DNA of 64,000 nucleotides from Candidatus Omnitrophota bacterium (GTDB lineage Bacteria > Omnitrophota > Gorgyraeia > Gygaellales > Profunditerraquicolaceae): NCBI GenBank assembly GCA_963805065.1, contig CAWDSS010000016.1:65084-129083 (forward strand), read 5' to 3'. The stretch's first letter is position 1. Each line of letters starts with the position of its first letter. Below the pieces are notes generated by a model. It made no database searches. It was not told where the DNA came from and was given only the letters and a program-made list of their open reading frames with translations. Below, piece after piece: positions 63,049 through 64,000 of the stretch. The position numbers and the translations under genes were made by a program.

Positions 63049-64000
63049 ATGTTCTCCAAAATACTTATTGCCAATCGGGGAGAAATAGCCCTTAGAATAA
63101 TCCGCGCCTGTCGTGAGCTGGGCATCCGTACTGTAGCTGTTTTTTCTGAGGCAGACCGTAGTTCGCTGCATGTGAGGTTAGCTGATGAAGCTATTTGCAT
63201 AGGCCAAACAGCCAGCTCCAGCAGTTACCTTAACATACCCGCCATAATCAGCGCAGCAGAAATTACCGACGTAGAAGCAATACATCCGGGTTATGGGTTC
63301 TTAGCAGAAAATCCTCATTTTGCGGAAATCTGCGAGTCATGTAAAATTACTTTTATCGGCCCTACCCCTGAAAATATCCGGCTTATGGGAGATAAAATGG
63401 CAGCTCGCTCTACAATGCAGAAAGCAGGTTTGCCCATTGTCCCGGGCAGCATTTCAGTGGTAAAGAACAAAGAAGAAGCGCTTAAAACCGCCAAAGCAAT
63501 AGGATATCCTGTAATAATTAAGGCGGCAGCAGGCGGCGGCGGAAAAGGGATGAGGATCTGCCATAATGATTTAACTTTGGTTTCCAGCCTCATGACTGCA
63601 CAGGCAGAAGCAGAAGCAAATTTCGGCAACTCCAATGTTTATATCGAAAAATATATAGAAAAACCCCGCCACATTGAAATACAGATCCTGGGGGATAAAT
63701 TTGGCCATATAATGCATTTGGGAGAAAGAGACTGCAGCATACAAAGGCGCCACCAGAAACTCTTGGAAGAATCTCCTTCGCCTGTAGTGGATAATAAACT
63801 GCGCAGGCGCCTGGGCGAAATGGCATTAAAAGGCGCTAAAACAGTAAACTATGTCAGCGCGGGCACAATTGAATTCCTCCTGGACAGAAATCATAATTTT
63901 TATTTTATGGAAATGAACACCAGGATTCAGGTTGAACATCCGGTAACTGAAATGGTAACCGGCATTGACCTTATAAAAGAGCAGTTAAAAGTCGCAGCAG
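63049..64000 (+). CDS. accC: Biotin carboxylase, 5' part (runs off the window end)
   Basis: [26 protein letters not shown]...[18 protein letters not shown]...[14 protein letters not shown]. Open to nt 64000. Confidence 0.9.
   Translation, partial: MFSKILIANRGEIALRIIRACRELGIRTVAVFSEADRSSLHVRLADEAICIGQTASSSSYLNIPAIISAAEITDVEAIHPGYGFLAENPHFAEICESCKITFIGPTPENIRLMGDKMAARSTMQKAGLPIVPGSISVVKNKEEALKTAKAIGYPVIIKAAAGGGGKGMRICHNDLTLVSSLMTAQAEAEANFGNSNVYIEKYIEKPRHIEIQILGDKFGHIMHLGERDCSIQRRHQKLLEESPSPVVDNKLRRRLGEMALKGAKTVNYVSAGTIEFLLDRNHNFYFMEMNTRIQVEHPVTEMVTGIDLIKEQLKVAA

Overview
A 64-kb window from an AT-leaning bacterium that looks diderm (SurA, TonB-dependent receptor, TonB and an LpxL-type acyltransferase are present). 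Every gene I accept is on the + strand. Layout: (1) 1-3.6 kb holds mfd (3' part), surA-like, pdxA and rsmA. (2) 3.7-34.1 kb holds tRNA-Thr, rpmG, tRNA-Trp, secE-nusG-rplKAJL-rpoBC-rpsLG-fusA-tuf, then the S10/spc/alpha ribosomal operons through rplQ; no L30 gene is present. This block carries a very high load of single-base indels, roughly 40-50 by manual tracing (a lower bound, not computed), plus two in-frame TAA codons. These fragment rpoB, rpoC, fusA, tuf, nusG, rplA, rplJ and others, while both flanks read cleanly. Assembly or polishing error is the most likely cause. (3) 34.2-42.5 kb holds aspC and an aconitase-family hydratase whose large and small subunit genes are separated by a translationally coupled pilT. 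These are followed by icd, mdh, an lpdA-like gene, lipB and a free-standing lipoyl domain. (4) 42.5-53.5 kb is the most novel-looking part. Two paralogous 7TM sensor kinases flank an excisionase-type HTH, a cyanobacterial-AAR-like acyl-ACP reductase homologue, a FabZ-like dehydratase and a PilZ-thioesterase fusion. Next come a GC-rich structured leader or sRNA ending in an intrinsic terminator, a CheY-like receiver, a GAF-HD-GYP protein, an MGDG-synthase-like GT28, an LpxL-type acyltransferase and a GT2. I read this as a candidate c-di-GMP-controlled lipid/glycolipid module. (5) 53.5-64 kb holds pcm, a membrane protein, a cobalamin riboswitch with a BtuB-like receptor and TonB, rpsU, a TIM-barrel isomerase, a Memo-like protein, DUF1844, trm112, aroQ, pepP, efp, accB and accC (5' part). 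The non-coding DNA is unusual. It contains dispersed heptanucleotide tandem arrays, some arranged as A-rich/T-rich palindromes and some running into coding sequence. It also contains a twice-repeated GGGGACGTTTCTATTTT hairpin terminator and ACCCCGCAC-cored nested palindromes inserted in ribosomal-operon spacers. No CRISPR array, integrase, transposase or rRNA was seen.
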